DNA of 57,586 bases, taken from contig JAUWLH010000001.1 of NCBI GenBank assembly GCA_030613835.1, positions 1-57,586 on the forward strand, written 5' to 3'. Every line of letters starts with the position of its first letter. Within the stretch, counting starts at the first letter, position 1. The position numbers and the translations under genes are program-made. Below, piece by piece: positions 1 to 9,099 of this stretch. The notes below the pieces were generated by a model, which saw only the letters and a program-made list of their open reading frames with translations, was not told the origin of the DNA and did no database searches. Origin of the DNA: Candidatus Bathyarchaeota archaeon (GTDB lineage Archaea; Thermoproteota; Bathyarchaeia; TCS64).

Positions 1-195
1 TTTCAGTGTATCGCCAACTGTTTAGACTAACTCAGAACATGGGCAGACGTATTTAGAAGGCTTCTAGATGGATTCAGAAGGCAGCTAGACGAGTAGATGG
101 AAGGGGGCTGTCGTCCCCTTGTTTCCATACTACGCATTAGCGTAGGCGTGCAAAGGAACTGATACGTCTGATTGATCGAATCCTTCTGCTTTCTA

Positions 196-265
196 TCTAT
201 TTCTTCTAGACGTTCTGATTTTCCTTCTAGACCGTCTAATTTTCCTTCTAGACAGCCTGATTCCC
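196..265. repeat. Tandem ~21-bp repeat TCT(G/A)ATTTTCCTTCTAGAC(C/A)G. Two full copies (214-234, 235-255), a degenerate copy before them (196-213) and a partial copy after (256-265).
   Basis: Read directly from the sequence. Each unit contains the palindrome TCTAGA. The same CCTTCT/AGAAGG box recurs in opposite orientation at 54-103. Confidence 0.8.
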
Positions 266-683
266 ATATGCTACACATCAATCAGTGCGACGACCAGCTA
301 GGGAACTGTTCTGGATTCAGTTAAAAATCATTATCGAAGAACTCTTAGAGTGCTGTTTTTTCTTCCGATAGTTCAAACGAGGTGAGACTACTAGTTTAGA
401 CAATCTTGTTCCATCTACTGAAGTGCCTACAGTTTGGTGTGGAGAGAAAGATAAGAACTAGGGTTATGATGAAAAAATGTTACAACCACTCTATAGTAGG
501 TAACTACTATTCTCAGCTCCTCCCAGAACAGTATTCCATAAACACGCGTCTCTTGATGCAAACGCCCAGCAACCAGCCTCTTTTTACCATGAACGCTCTT
601 AACCAGCAACAAAACCCGCAGCGTTCAAGCGCAACTGGTAAAAGTAGGAAATGCATCCTCACACCTAACAGGAGAATGCAAAA

Positions 684-3482
684 TTGGAGAAGCGTGTATA
701 CGACTTCACCGAGGGAAACAGGGACATGAAGGCCCTCCTCGGCGGAAAGGGAGCAAACCTAGCCGAGATGATGAGCCTCGGACTCAACATCCCCCAGGGA
801 TTCACAATCACAACAACGACCTGCAACGAGTTCATGAAGGCAGGAGGAAGATTTCCGGAGGGCCTCTGGGGAGAGATACTAGAGCACGTAAAGACCCTAG
901 AGGAAACATCGGGCAAAAAGTTCAACGACCCAGAGAACCCGCTGCTAGCCAGCGTCAGGAGCGGCGCACCAATCAGTATGCCTGGCATGATGGACACCGT
1001 CCTAAACCTGGGCATCAACGATAGCGTGGCCGAGACAATTATCAAGCTTACAGGGGACGAGCGGTTCGTATGGGACGCTTACAGGCGCTTCCTCACCATG
1101 TTCAGCGACGTAGTCATGGGCCAGGAACGCCACGCATTCGAGGGAGTCTTCAATAAGGTCAAGCAAGGCGAGGGTGTAACCGGTGATACAGAGGTTAGCA
1201 TCGACGGCCTCAAGGAGACCGTGGCTGGCATGAAGTACCTCTACAAGGAACTAATCGGCGAGGAGTTCCCACAGGACCCCATGGACCAGCTCAAGGCGTC
1301 CATTGCAGCCGTCTTCAACAGCTGGGACATCCCCAGGGCCAGGACGTACCGCAAGTTCGAGGGCATCCCAGACTCCATAGGTACAGCGTGCAACGTCCAG
1401 ACCATGGTGTTCGGTAACATGGGCTGGGACAGCGGAAGCGGCGTCATGTTCACAAGGAGCCCAAGCGACGGAAGCAAGGGGCTCTTCGGCGAACTACTAT
1501 TCAATGCACAAGGGGAGGACGTAGTCGCGGGAATCAGGACCCCCATACACCTCTCAGAGCTAAACGAGCAGCAGCCAGAGCTCTACAGGGAGCTTGAGGA
1601 TATCGCCAGTATCGTTGAGGAGCACTACAAGGACATGCAGGACATGGAGTTCACCATCGAGAAGAAGAAGCTCTGGATACTCCAGACTAGGACAGGAAAG
1701 AGGACCGCAAGATCAGCAATCAAGATCGCGGTAGATATGGCCGAGGAGGGATTAATCGACAAGAAGACCGCGCTCCTGAGGATCACACCCAACAATGTCG
1801 ACCAGCTACTCCATCCCCAGTTTGACCCGGCGGGAAAGGCTGCAGCGACGTTCCTTGCTAAGGGACTAAACGCAAGCCCAGGGGCAGCGGTAGGGTACGC
1901 CATCTTCAACGCTGACAGGGCAGAGGAAAGGGGCAAGGCAGGCGAACCGGTAATCCTAGTGCGCCCAGAAACCACGCCCGACGATGTCAACGGAATGATC
2001 GTAAGCCAGGGCTTCCTGACCCAGCACGGCGGAGGCACCAGCCACGCGGCCGTAGTTGCAAGGGGATGGGGAAAGCCATGCGTAGCAGGCTGTGAGTCCA
2101 TAAGGATCGACACTAATAGAAACCTGTTCACGGTAGGCAAGCACACGATCAAGGAAGGTGACTGGATAAGCGTGGACGGAACAACCGGAGAGGTTTTCCT
2201 CGGGCAGGTTCCCAAGATCGAGACAGCGTTCGAGAAGGAAAAGGAGCTCATTAAGGCACTTGAGTGGGCCGATGAGATCAAGACCATCGGCGTGCTAACA
2301 AACGCGGACACGCCAGAGGACTCGCTTAAGGCGCGTCAGTTTGGCGCAACAGGGATAGGCCTATGCAGGACTGAGCACATGTTCTTCGACCAAGAGGACG
2401 AGGAGATCAGCAGGCGTGAGAACGTCGTGGCCATGATCCTAAAGTCCGATGCAGCGGCCCCACTTCTGAGAGATATCATAGACCTTGAGAATCAGATCGA
2501 GGCAAACGACAACGATGAGGAAGCCAAGGCTGCATTAAAGGCTCTCAAGGAAAAAGCCGAGACAAGCAGTGATGTTCAGGAGTACAAGGAGGCGCTTGCG
2601 AACCTGCTCCCCTTCCAGATGAAAGACTTTGTGGGAATCTTCGAGGCCATGGACGGATACCCCGTAATAATCAGACTCATCGACCCACCCATGCACGAGT
2701 TCCTGCCCCCGAGGGAGGAGCTACTAATAGAGGTCACTGAGTTAAGGTGTACAGGAAAGGACCCCGAGGAACTCAAGGAGAAAGAGTACCTGCTACAGGT
2801 CGTCGAGAGCCTATGGGAGACAAACCCCATGCTCGGCCTAAGGGGATGCAGGGCTGGCCTAATGTACCCGGGTCTAACCGAGATGCAAGTCCAGGCCATC
2901 ATGGAGGCGGCTGTCGAGGTCAAGAAGGCTGGAGTAGACGTTCACCCCGAGATCATGATCCCGCTAACTAGCCACGTGAACGAGATGCGCGCCGAGCACG
3001 ACAAGCTCCAGAAGGTAGCCATGAAGGTGCTCAAGGAATCTGGCATGGAGGACCTGGCATACAAGATTGGGACCATGATCGAGATCCCAAGGGCCGCGCT
3101 AACAGCGGATGAGATCGCGGAGAGCGCCGAGTTCTTCAGCTTCGGAACCAACGACCTAACCCAGATGACCTTCGGTATCAGCAGGGACGACGCCGAGGGC
3201 AAGTTCCTGCTAAACTTCGTAGAGAGGGGACTGCTACCGAGCAACCCATTCCAGGTCATCGACAGGAAGGGCGTCGGACAGCTAATGAAACTGTGCGTAG
3301 AGAAGGGAAGATCAACTAGGCCAGACCTTGAGATAGGAATCTGCGGCGAGCACGGAGGCGAGCCCAACAGCATAGAGTTCTGCCACATGATCGGCCTGAA
3401 CTACGTGAGCTGCAGCCCCTACCGGATACCCATCGCCAGGCTGGCGGCAGCACACGCCCAGCTCAACTATCCAAAAGACTAA
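684..3482 (+). CDS. ppdK: Pyruvate, phosphate dikinase
   Basis: 932-aa ORF. N-terminus is VYDFTEGNRDMKALLGGKGANLAEM. Phosphohistidine region is GGGTSHAAVVARGWGKPCV. C-terminal PEP-utilising motifs are FFSFGTNDLTQMT and GICGEHGG. TTG start lies 9 nt after AGGAG. Confidence 0.95.
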   Translation: MEKRVYDFTEGNRDMKALLGGKGANLAEMMSLGLNIPQGFTITTTTCNEFMKAGGRFPEGLWGEILEHVKTLEETSGKKFNDPENPLLASVRSGAPISMPGMMDTVLNLGINDSVAETIIKLTGDERFVWDAYRRFLTMFSDVVMGQERHAFEGVFNKVKQGEGVTGDTEVSIDGLKETVAGMKYLYKELIGEEFPQDPMDQLKASIAAVFNSWDIPRARTYRKFEGIPDSIGTACNVQTMVFGNMGWDSGSGVMFTRSPSDGSKGLFGELLFNAQGEDVVAGIRTPIHLSELNEQQPELYRELEDIASIVEEHYKDMQDMEFTIEKKKLWILQTRTGKRTARSAIKIAVDMAEEGLIDKKTALLRITPNNVDQLLHPQFDPAGKAAATFLAKGLNASPGAAVGYAIFNADRAEERGKAGEPVILVRPETTPDDVNGMIVSQGFLTQHGGGTSHAAVVARGWGKPCVAGCESIRIDTNRNLFTVGKHTIKEGDWISVDGTTGEVFLGQVPKIETAFEKEKELIKALEWADEIKTIGVLTNADTPEDSLKARQFGATGIGLCRTEHMFFDQEDEEISRRENVVAMILKSDAAAPLLRDIIDLENQIEANDNDEEAKAALKALKEKAETSSDVQEYKEALANLLPFQMKDFVGIFEAMDGYPVIIRLIDPPMHEFLPPREELLIEVTELRCTGKDPEELKEKEYLLQVVESLWETNPMLGLRGCRAGLMYPGLTEMQVQAIMEAAVEVKKAGVDVHPEIMIPLTSHVNEMRAEHDKLQKVAMKVLKESGMEDLAYKIGTMIEIPRAALTADEIAESAEFFSFGTNDLTQMTFGISRDDAEGKFLLNFVERGLLPSNPFQVIDRKGVGQLMKLCVEKGRSTRPDLEIGICGEHGGEPNSIEFCHMIGLNYVSCSPYRIPIARLAAAHAQLNYPKD

Positions 3483-3529
3483 CCCTTTTCCTCATTTATC
3501 ATAAATATTAGAAACCATACAAGGTTTGC

Positions 3530-3892
3530 ATGGCTACACTAAACCACATTGGGATATACGTCAAAGACCTTGGGAAGAGCCTGGCATTCTATGAGGAGCT
3601 CTTCGGGTTCAAGGTCGTGAACAGCTTCACCAGCGGCGAGGCAAAGATATCCATGATCGACATAGGTGGAGGAACTCTTGAGCTTGTACAGCGACCAGGT
3701 TCTCCAACTGCGCCTCCAGACGGAAACTGGAGCCATGTCGCAATTCATGACCCGAAATTCGATGAAACCGTGGCTAAACTTGAGAAGAAAGGGATAGCCA
3801 CAAGACTCGTGACGATGAGTAACGGGAGCCGCCTGTGCTTCTTCAGCGACCCAGACGGTCATGTCATAGAAATCATGGAGAAAAGCTTCTAG
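3530..3892 (+). CDS. VOC/glyoxalase-family protein
   Basis: 120 aa. LNHIGIYVKDL...FYEELFGF and DPDGHVIEI are typical of the glyoxalase/bleomycin-resistance fold. Confidence 0.8.
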   Translation: MATLNHIGIYVKDLGKSLAFYEELFGFKVVNSFTSGEAKISMIDIGGGTLELVQRPGSPTAPPDGNWSHVAIHDPKFDETVAKLEKKGIATRLVTMSNGSRLCFFSDPDGHVIEIMEKSF

Positions 3893-3926
3893 CCCCATCC
3901 CTTTTTAGTATATTTCTAGTTTGCGT

Positions 3927-4292
3927 ATGAACACTCTAGATCACGTCGGAATCTGCGTCAAGGACCTTAACGAGACGGTAAGCTTTTACGAAATCCTGTT
4001 CGAGTACACTATCCACAGTAGGCTTTTCAACCACGGGATCCACATCGTTCACATGGATATGGGCTTTCCCCTGCTCCAGTTAAAGCAGAGCGGTGTACCC
4101 GGAACACCAGGGGCAGGAAAATACAACCATTTCAGCGTACACACAAGCGATTACGATGCCTTCATCAACAAACTTGAGGAAATGAAAATAGGGTACTGGG
4201 AAATGAGTCTAGGCCCGGGAAAGTGGCTGGTTAATTTCACCGATCCAAGTGGTCACGACATAGAGGTCTGTGAGGCTCCCTTCAAAGGTTAA
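3927..4292 (+). CDS. VOC/glyoxalase-family protein, tandem paralogue
   Basis: LDHVGICVKDL...FYEILF and DPSGHDIEV. I prefer the ATG at 3927 over the TTG at 3921. Confidence 0.8.
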   Translation: MNTLDHVGICVKDLNETVSFYEILFEYTIHSRLFNHGIHIVHMDMGFPLLQLKQSGVPGTPGAGKYNHFSVHTSDYDAFINKLEEMKIGYWEMSLGPGKWLVNFTDPSGHDIEVCEAPFKG

Positions 4293-5092
4293 AAGAGGAT
4301 GTCATGGGGGATTGCCCTCTCATCCAGCATCCGCCTAATCTTTCCCCTCAGAGAATCATAGTAAACAGATGATGCCTTTGATGCCTCCTTGAACTCGCCT
4401 AACATCTCTGGGTAGTGTCTATCCACCGTTGCCTCGATGTTCCTCCAGTTACCCGCCTTTATATTCAGCCTATCTACAATCACTCGGCTCACAGATTCCG
4501 CAAGTCTATTCAATAAAGCCTCAAATCCTGCCTCGGAAACATATGGCAGGAGAGGCCCGAGGAATGCATATGTGGGTATCCCAGCATCGCTGAACAGTTT
4601 AAGTGCATCCAGGCGTTCCTGAATCGGTGAAGCTCCTGGCTCAAACGCTCTCCTGACCTTCTCGTCGAAAGCTGTGACGGTTAGCCCCACCTCAACTTCA
4701 TCGAACCTGCCAAGGAGATCCAGGTCCCTCGTTACGAGAGAGGACTTTGTGAGGACCTCAACAGGGAAATCGTGGTCCACGAGTACTTCTAACAAGCTCC
4801 TAGTAATGCCGTACTTCTTCTCGACGGGCTGGTACGGGTCCGTCACGCTCGATAAAAGGATCACTCCCCTCCTCCTCTTTTCCACATCTTTTAGGAGGCA
4901 TTCTTTGGCGTTCTTTTTCACGTCAACGAAGCTGCCCCACTTCTCGCCTTTATGGTACCACCTTGTCATGAACTTGGCATAGCAGTATGTGCATGCGTGG
5001 GCGCACCCTATGTACGGGTTGACGGCATAATCAACTCCCTTGATCCCGCTGCTGTTGATGATACTCTTGCAGGTGGTCTCCCCTATTTTCAC
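4289..5092 (-). CDS. Radical SAM protein, SplB/'DNA repair photolyase'-like (COG1533-like)
   Basis: N-terminal NPYIGCAHACTYCYA carries the CxxxCxxC cluster motif. 267 aa. Confidence 0.8.
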   Translation of the reverse strand: MKIGETTCKSIINSSGIKGVDYAVNPYIGCAHACTYCYAKFMTRWYHKGEKWGSFVDVKKNAKECLLKDVEKRRRGVILLSSVTDPYQPVEKKYGITRSLLEVLVDHDFPVEVLTKSSLVTRDLDLLGRFDEVEVGLTVTAFDEKVRRAFEPGASPIQERLDALKLFSDAGIPTYAFLGPLLPYVSEAGFEALLNRLAESVSRVIVDRLNIKAGNWRNIEATVDRHYPEMLGEFKEASKASSVYYDSLRGKIRRMLDERAIPHDILF

Positions 5093-5115
5093 GACAGTAA
5101 TGCTGATTGTCGACC

Positions 5116-5125
5116 TATATATAAA
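5116..5125. promoter_or_regulatory. TATA-like element (TATATATAAA) in the 90-bp divergent region between the radical SAM gene and the flavodoxin gene
   Basis: AT-rich box between two divergent starts. Assignment is positional only. Confidence 0.35.
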
Positions 5126-5181
5126 CCGCCGAGTTAGATATTTTTCAGTAACACTTCGAAGGTCGATTGATTAGATTGAAG

Positions 5182-5634
5182 ATGGTAATAATTTACGATA
5201 GCAAGACTGGAAACACCGAGAAGATGGCTAAGGCGATCGCCGAGGGCGCAAGTAACCATGCAGAGGTCGAGGTCAAAAAGATAGGGGAGGCGTTCCCACT
5301 CATTATTATGGCCGACGCCGACGGCGTCATCTTTGGGTCACCAGTCTACTACGCTGATATATCCAACAACATGAAGGATTTCCTATCCCACGTCGAGACG
5401 TACATCAATGCAAATAAGAGGAAGATAAACAACAAGCCAGCCTCGGTTTTCGGAAGCTACGGGTACGACGGCGCCTGGATTATGGAGGAGAGACTCAAGG
5501 AGAGAATCATGGGTCTTGGTTACAAAGTCTCGGATAATGTTCTAGTCATGATTGACTCGGATATAAAGTACAATTTCGATGCCAATTCAGCTAAATGCAA
5601 GGAGTTCGGCAGGAAATTCGCCGAGTCCCTTTAA
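5182..5634 (+). CDS. Flavodoxin-family protein
   Basis: MVIIYDSKTGNTEKMAKAIAEG and GVIFGSPVYYADIS are the flavodoxin FMN-binding N-terminal pattern. Confidence 0.85.
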   Translation: MVIIYDSKTGNTEKMAKAIAEGASNHAEVEVKKIGEAFPLIIMADADGVIFGSPVYYADISNNMKDFLSHVETYINANKRKINNKPASVFGSYGYDGAWIMEERLKERIMGLGYKVSDNVLVMIDSDIKYNFDANSAKCKEFGRKFAESL

Positions 5635-5765
5635 CTTACTTTTTTTTCTATAATGAATGTACCCTAAATTCATTAGTTGTTTACCCCAGCTATGTGTCCA
5701 AAGTTTCTCCCTTTTCAAAGCTGAAAATCACAGTGTTTAAACATCTGAAACCTCTTGTTTTCCCA

Positions 5766-7265
5766 ATGTCTCCGGTCAGTATTTACGATGAAACTGAGAG
5801 GGTCAATGATCATTTATTTCTGGGTATCAATCTAGGAAAGGGGCACTCCGTCGGCTGGAGCTTAAAGAAGGTAATCAAGGATGGCTTGCCAGGCCATGAC
5901 GCACCCAAGAATTTTTCCAATTTACTGGACTTGTTGCTGACCTTGTTCAAGGAGTCCGAGTCCGAGTGGTCAGGTTCGGTGGCTATAAACAGCATTGATG
6001 TTCTATCCGCGCCACTCCTAAGAAAAGAAAAGCTCACAAAGGATCAAATCGAGGAGAAATTATGTTCTTTCGTTTCTTCAATTAGCGAAATGGATTTGAA
6101 CATTACCCTGGTCCTCGATTTAATTCCCGATGAGGAATTATCGGATGCGTATAGTGTCTATCAGTCGGAAATAGATGTTTTCAACCTATCGCTCAGCAAA
6201 GCTATCTCCCTAAACATGGAGGGCGGTCACTTCAACCCAACTCCGGTGATTAACATCCACGATGATAAGCAATGGGAGAACCCGGTCCTAGACTCTTATC
6301 TTGCGCTCTCTTTCCAGTATGGGCAGCCATTAATCCAGAATATGCTGAGTGGGATCATATCATCTGAGTCGATTAGACCCGAGCCACAGGAGCCGAATTT
6401 CGAGATACTCTATTTGAGGCTGGGAGCCCCCGTGGGAAACGCTGACAACCGTGGAATCTTGGGTTATGTCTGCATCAACCTGGAGGAGATAGCCGCGCTG
6501 GCCGAGTCCGAGCCAAACTTCTTCACTTTGCTCGACAATCAGATCGACATTGCAACCGATAAACTGATTGAACATAGGGAAAACCTAATCGAAAATATTC
6601 GGACTGGCAGGATGCCCATTACCGAGTGGTTTATCGATGATTCTCAATGGCTCTACTCAGCAATCTCCGTTGTCGGTATGAACGAGGCACTCCAAGTGTT
6701 AATTGATGCACCTCTGGCACATATTGCAGGAAAGGCTGTGACCTACCAGCTTCTTGAGTTTCTGCTCAGAAAAATCGAGTCGATCCAGCTCGAAAAAAGC
6801 GTCCTTTTTACCGTGGAATCCCGCCCATCTGAGTACCCTGGGTCACTGATGCTCGATAAATCTAATTCAGATACAAAGTTCCTTACAGCTGCCACGGATC
6901 TTTCCCCTCAACATGGCGATGAGCTCTGGGATGCGTTGGAGCACCAGAAAAAATTCGATTCGATGTACACTGGGGGTACGCTACAGCAGGTCTTCCTCAA
7001 GGAGAGACTTGCATACCATGAGGGATGCAAGCTTCTGGCAAGAAGAATAATCGAAACCTTCGGGTTCAACTACATCGCGATAACGCCAAACTTCTCCCTG
7101 TGTCCTGTACATGGATATCTTAGCGACAGTGACGATCCGATACAATGCGAAAAATGTATACCATACACTAGGATTGATGGAATTATACAGGCAGTTGAAG
7201 GGCTACCAGAATCATTAAAGGAGGTTTATCAGACACGAGTCCAATTCGACGTAAAAAACAGGTAA
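5766..7265 (+). CDS. Divergent, short NrdD-like glycyl-radical enzyme (anaerobic ribonucleotide reductase family)
   Basis: GYVCINLEEIAALAE resembles the NrdD INLPRIA segment. The C-terminus CPVHG...QCEKC...TRIDGIIQAV resembles the Zn site plus glycyl-radical loop. An NrdG-type activase follows. Start taken at the ATG giving MSPVSIY. Confidence 0.65.
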   Translation: MSPVSIYDETERVNDHLFLGINLGKGHSVGWSLKKVIKDGLPGHDAPKNFSNLLDLLLTLFKESESEWSGSVAINSIDVLSAPLLRKEKLTKDQIEEKLCSFVSSISEMDLNITLVLDLIPDEELSDAYSVYQSEIDVFNLSLSKAISLNMEGGHFNPTPVINIHDDKQWENPVLDSYLALSFQYGQPLIQNMLSGIISSESIRPEPQEPNFEILYLRLGAPVGNADNRGILGYVCINLEEIAALAESEPNFFTLLDNQIDIATDKLIEHRENLIENIRTGRMPITEWFIDDSQWLYSAISVVGMNEALQVLIDAPLAHIAGKAVTYQLLEFLLRKIESIQLEKSVLFTVESRPSEYPGSLMLDKSNSDTKFLTAATDLSPQHGDELWDALEHQKKFDSMYTGGTLQQVFLKERLAYHEGCKLLARRIIETFGFNYIAITPNFSLCPVHGYLSDSDDPIQCEKCIPYTRIDGIIQAVEGLPESLKEVYQTRVQFDVKNR

Positions 7266-7288
7266 AGGCCGAGCTCCCTATAGTCGGG

Positions 7289-7966
7289 ATGAACAGGTTG
7301 AGCCTTGTCGATTTCCCCGGCAAGCTCTGCATGAACCTGATTGTGCCGGGCTGTAACTACCGCTGTGCCTACTGTCCTCACGAGCAGTTGATCCATCACC
7401 ACATCCCCATGCCCAAGATCGGAATGGTTGAGATCGTAAAGCTTGTGAGGCCAAGGATGGGGTTCCTTGATGGGGTCTCCATTGGCGGCGGGGAGCCATT
7501 CCTCCATAGGGGCCTCGGAAGCTTCCTCTCTGAAATGCGGTTCCAGAACATTAAGGTCAGGATCAAGACCAACGCATCGAGACCTAGAGCGGTCCAATAC
7601 GTTCTAGACGAGGAATTGATTGATTACCTCAGCGTGTTCATTCCAGGTCCTTTGAGTAGGTATACAGATATCGTTAACTACAGAATTAATGTCGACGATG
7701 TAAAGCGTTCCATCCAGATCATCAGGAAGAGCAATATCCCCTACGAGTTCAGAGTAAAACCTATTCCCGGGCTCGTGGAAAAAGAGGATATCTTAGAAAT
7801 AGCCAATACTCTGTCAGGATCTAGAAGACTGGTGATAGAGCGGTTTGATCCCACTCATATACTTGACCCAAAGGTATGTGGATCCGAGGTGTTTTCTCAG
7901 TCTGAACTGGAAGATATTCGAGATTCAGCTTCTCCGTATTTTGGAGAAGTAATCCTTTCTTACTGA
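7289..7966 (+). CDS. nrdG: Anaerobic ribonucleotide reductase activating protein (radical SAM activase)
   Basis: SLVDFPGKLCMNLIVPGCNYRCAYCPH (CxxxCxxC) and GVSIGGGEPFL. 225 aa, the archaeal NrdG-type layout. Confidence 0.85.
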   Translation: MNRLSLVDFPGKLCMNLIVPGCNYRCAYCPHEQLIHHHIPMPKIGMVEIVKLVRPRMGFLDGVSIGGGEPFLHRGLGSFLSEMRFQNIKVRIKTNASRPRAVQYVLDEELIDYLSVFIPGPLSRYTDIVNYRINVDDVKRSIQIIRKSNIPYEFRVKPIPGLVEKEDILEIANTLSGSRRLVIERFDPTHILDPKVCGSEVFSQSELEDIRDSASPYFGEVILSY

Positions 7967-7989
7967 CTTTAACATATTCAACGTTCACT

Positions 7990-8165
7990 GTAGTTGGATA
8001 TGTATGTAGTAAATGCAAGTATTACTATAAATAATAATATGATTGATATTTATCTATTTTAAATGGAAGATAAATAAATGAAAGTAGTATATGCTATGAT
8101 TATGCTACATATTATAATGGTAAATACATTTGCAATTATTAATAATGTAATGATTGAGTTTATTG
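7990..8165. other. Strongly AT-rich intergenic island between the convergent nrdG and SpoIIM-like genes
   Basis: By eye it is almost devoid of G/C, unlike the flanking coding DNA. Contains repeated ATGATTGA/ATGATTATG and AATAATAAT words. Confidence 0.6.
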
Positions 8166-8166
8166 A

Positions 8167-8769
8167 CTAGATCACGAAGAGGTAGATAAGAGCCGTCTCA
8201 ATTCCTGCTGCAAACACTAGGAGCGGGATTATCCTCATCACGAAGATGCTTAAACTAGTAGTCACATATTTTTGGAGTCCATCTCTCCTCAAGAGCCTAT
8301 GAATTACTGAATATCCAAGACCAACCCCCATGGAGGCGCTTAGCAATATTGTGGGTATCTCTATTATTCCATGAGGAAGTATTGTTGCAAACACAAAGGC
8401 CAAGCCTTGAACCTGAGCGACGTTCCATGATATATAACCAATGAAGAAGCCGTTAAATGCCATAAACATCAGTGGTGGGACTCCTCCGAGTAAACCTGAA
8501 ATCACGAAAAGAGAGCTTGCGACGATATTGTTTGATAGTATTGCAACGAACATCTCAATGCTTGTTGACTCAGTTGGATCCGGAATGTTGCTTAGGACTC
8601 CTTCAAAGCTTTGGGCTGACGTCTCGTCACCCAACGCGTATCCAATGAAAATGCTGAATAAGAATACTAGGCTGGATATTGCGAATAGGGGCACCAGTTT
8701 AGCTAGGTAATCATCCTTTCCTTGGAAGAAGGACGACAGTATTCCTTTTCTTTCATCACTCATCTTCAT
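8167..8769 (-). CDS. SpoIIM-like (stage II sporulation protein M family) integral membrane protein
   Basis: Multi-pass hydrophobic protein. The ILPHGIIEIP motif is typical of the SpoIIM/DUF95 family. The start is uncertain (8793, 8769 or 8763). It overlaps the end of the histone gene. Confidence 0.6.
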   Translation of the reverse strand: MKMSDERKGILSSFFQGKDDYLAKLVPLFAISSLVFLFSIFIGYALGDETSAQSFEGVLSNIPDPTESTSIEMFVAILSNNIVASSLFVISGLLGGVPPLMFMAFNGFFIGYISWNVAQVQGLAFVFATILPHGIIEIPTILLSASMGVGLGYSVIHRLLRRDGLQKYVTTSLSIFVMRIIPLLVFAAGIETALIYLFVI

Positions 8770-8995
8770 TTTCCTCTGGTATCCATATCTCAAGCGCTGC
8801 CCCCCTGATATCCCTTTCTAGGACCGTCTTTCTATTGTCCTTCTTCGCCAACTCGACTGCTCGTTCTGCCACGAGTTGACCATACTCCCCAATATAATCC
8901 CTGAGTTTGTTTGCGGCGCCCTCGTTAATTCTAAGTTTCCCCGCTTTCTTGAGCAATCGCCTAATCGGCGCGATCGTGAACTCTTCAGCCATCAT
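8756..8995 (-). CDS. Archaeal histone-fold protein
   Basis: IAPIRRLLKKAG..RINEGAANKLRDYIGEYGQLVAERAVELAKKDNRKTVLERDI matches the HMf-type histone fold and is followed by an acidic tail. Confidence 0.85.
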   Translation of the reverse strand: MMAEEFTIAPIRRLLKKAGKLRINEGAANKLRDYIGEYGQLVAERAVELAKKDNRKTVLERDIRGAALEIWIPEENEDE

Positions 8996-9099
8996 TCATC
9001 TATTTCACGCCCTGTTATTTGGGTTGTTTGATGTTTCTTTCATGTGAACCCCCTTGTTTTGGGATAACCATATCAGGCGCATCATGCGTCTTTCAGTGT

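Noticed and set aside
168-186. A tRNA T-arm-like GATCGAATCC, and a similar GGATTCGTTCAACC at 18709-18722
   Set aside because: No acceptor, D or anticodon stems can be built around either. The stem and loop lengths do not fit a cloverleaf.
196-265. Possible CRISPR-like array
   Set aside because: The repeats are directly adjacent with no spacers. There are only about 3.5 copies of 21 bp, and no cas genes are present.
27-281. An 84-aa minus-strand ORF with a heptad-like LEGKxxx repeat, which could be read as a coiled-coil peptide
   Set aside because: The 'heptads' are just the translation of the 21-bp DNA tandem repeat. The rest of the ORF has non-protein-like composition (runs of S, L and P) and no start context. 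I treat it as non-coding repeat DNA.
406-729. A 107-aa plus-strand ORF upstream of and overlapping the ppdK start
   Set aside because: Its composition is Q/N/S/T-rich, it has no recognisable motif, and it runs into the well-supported ppdK N-terminus in another frame.
7990-8165. A replication origin, suggested by the AT-rich island
   Set aside because: I could find no ORB or mini-ORB-type inverted repeats, and there is no orc1/cdc6 gene nearby. Its position between two convergent 3' ends fits a terminator spacer.
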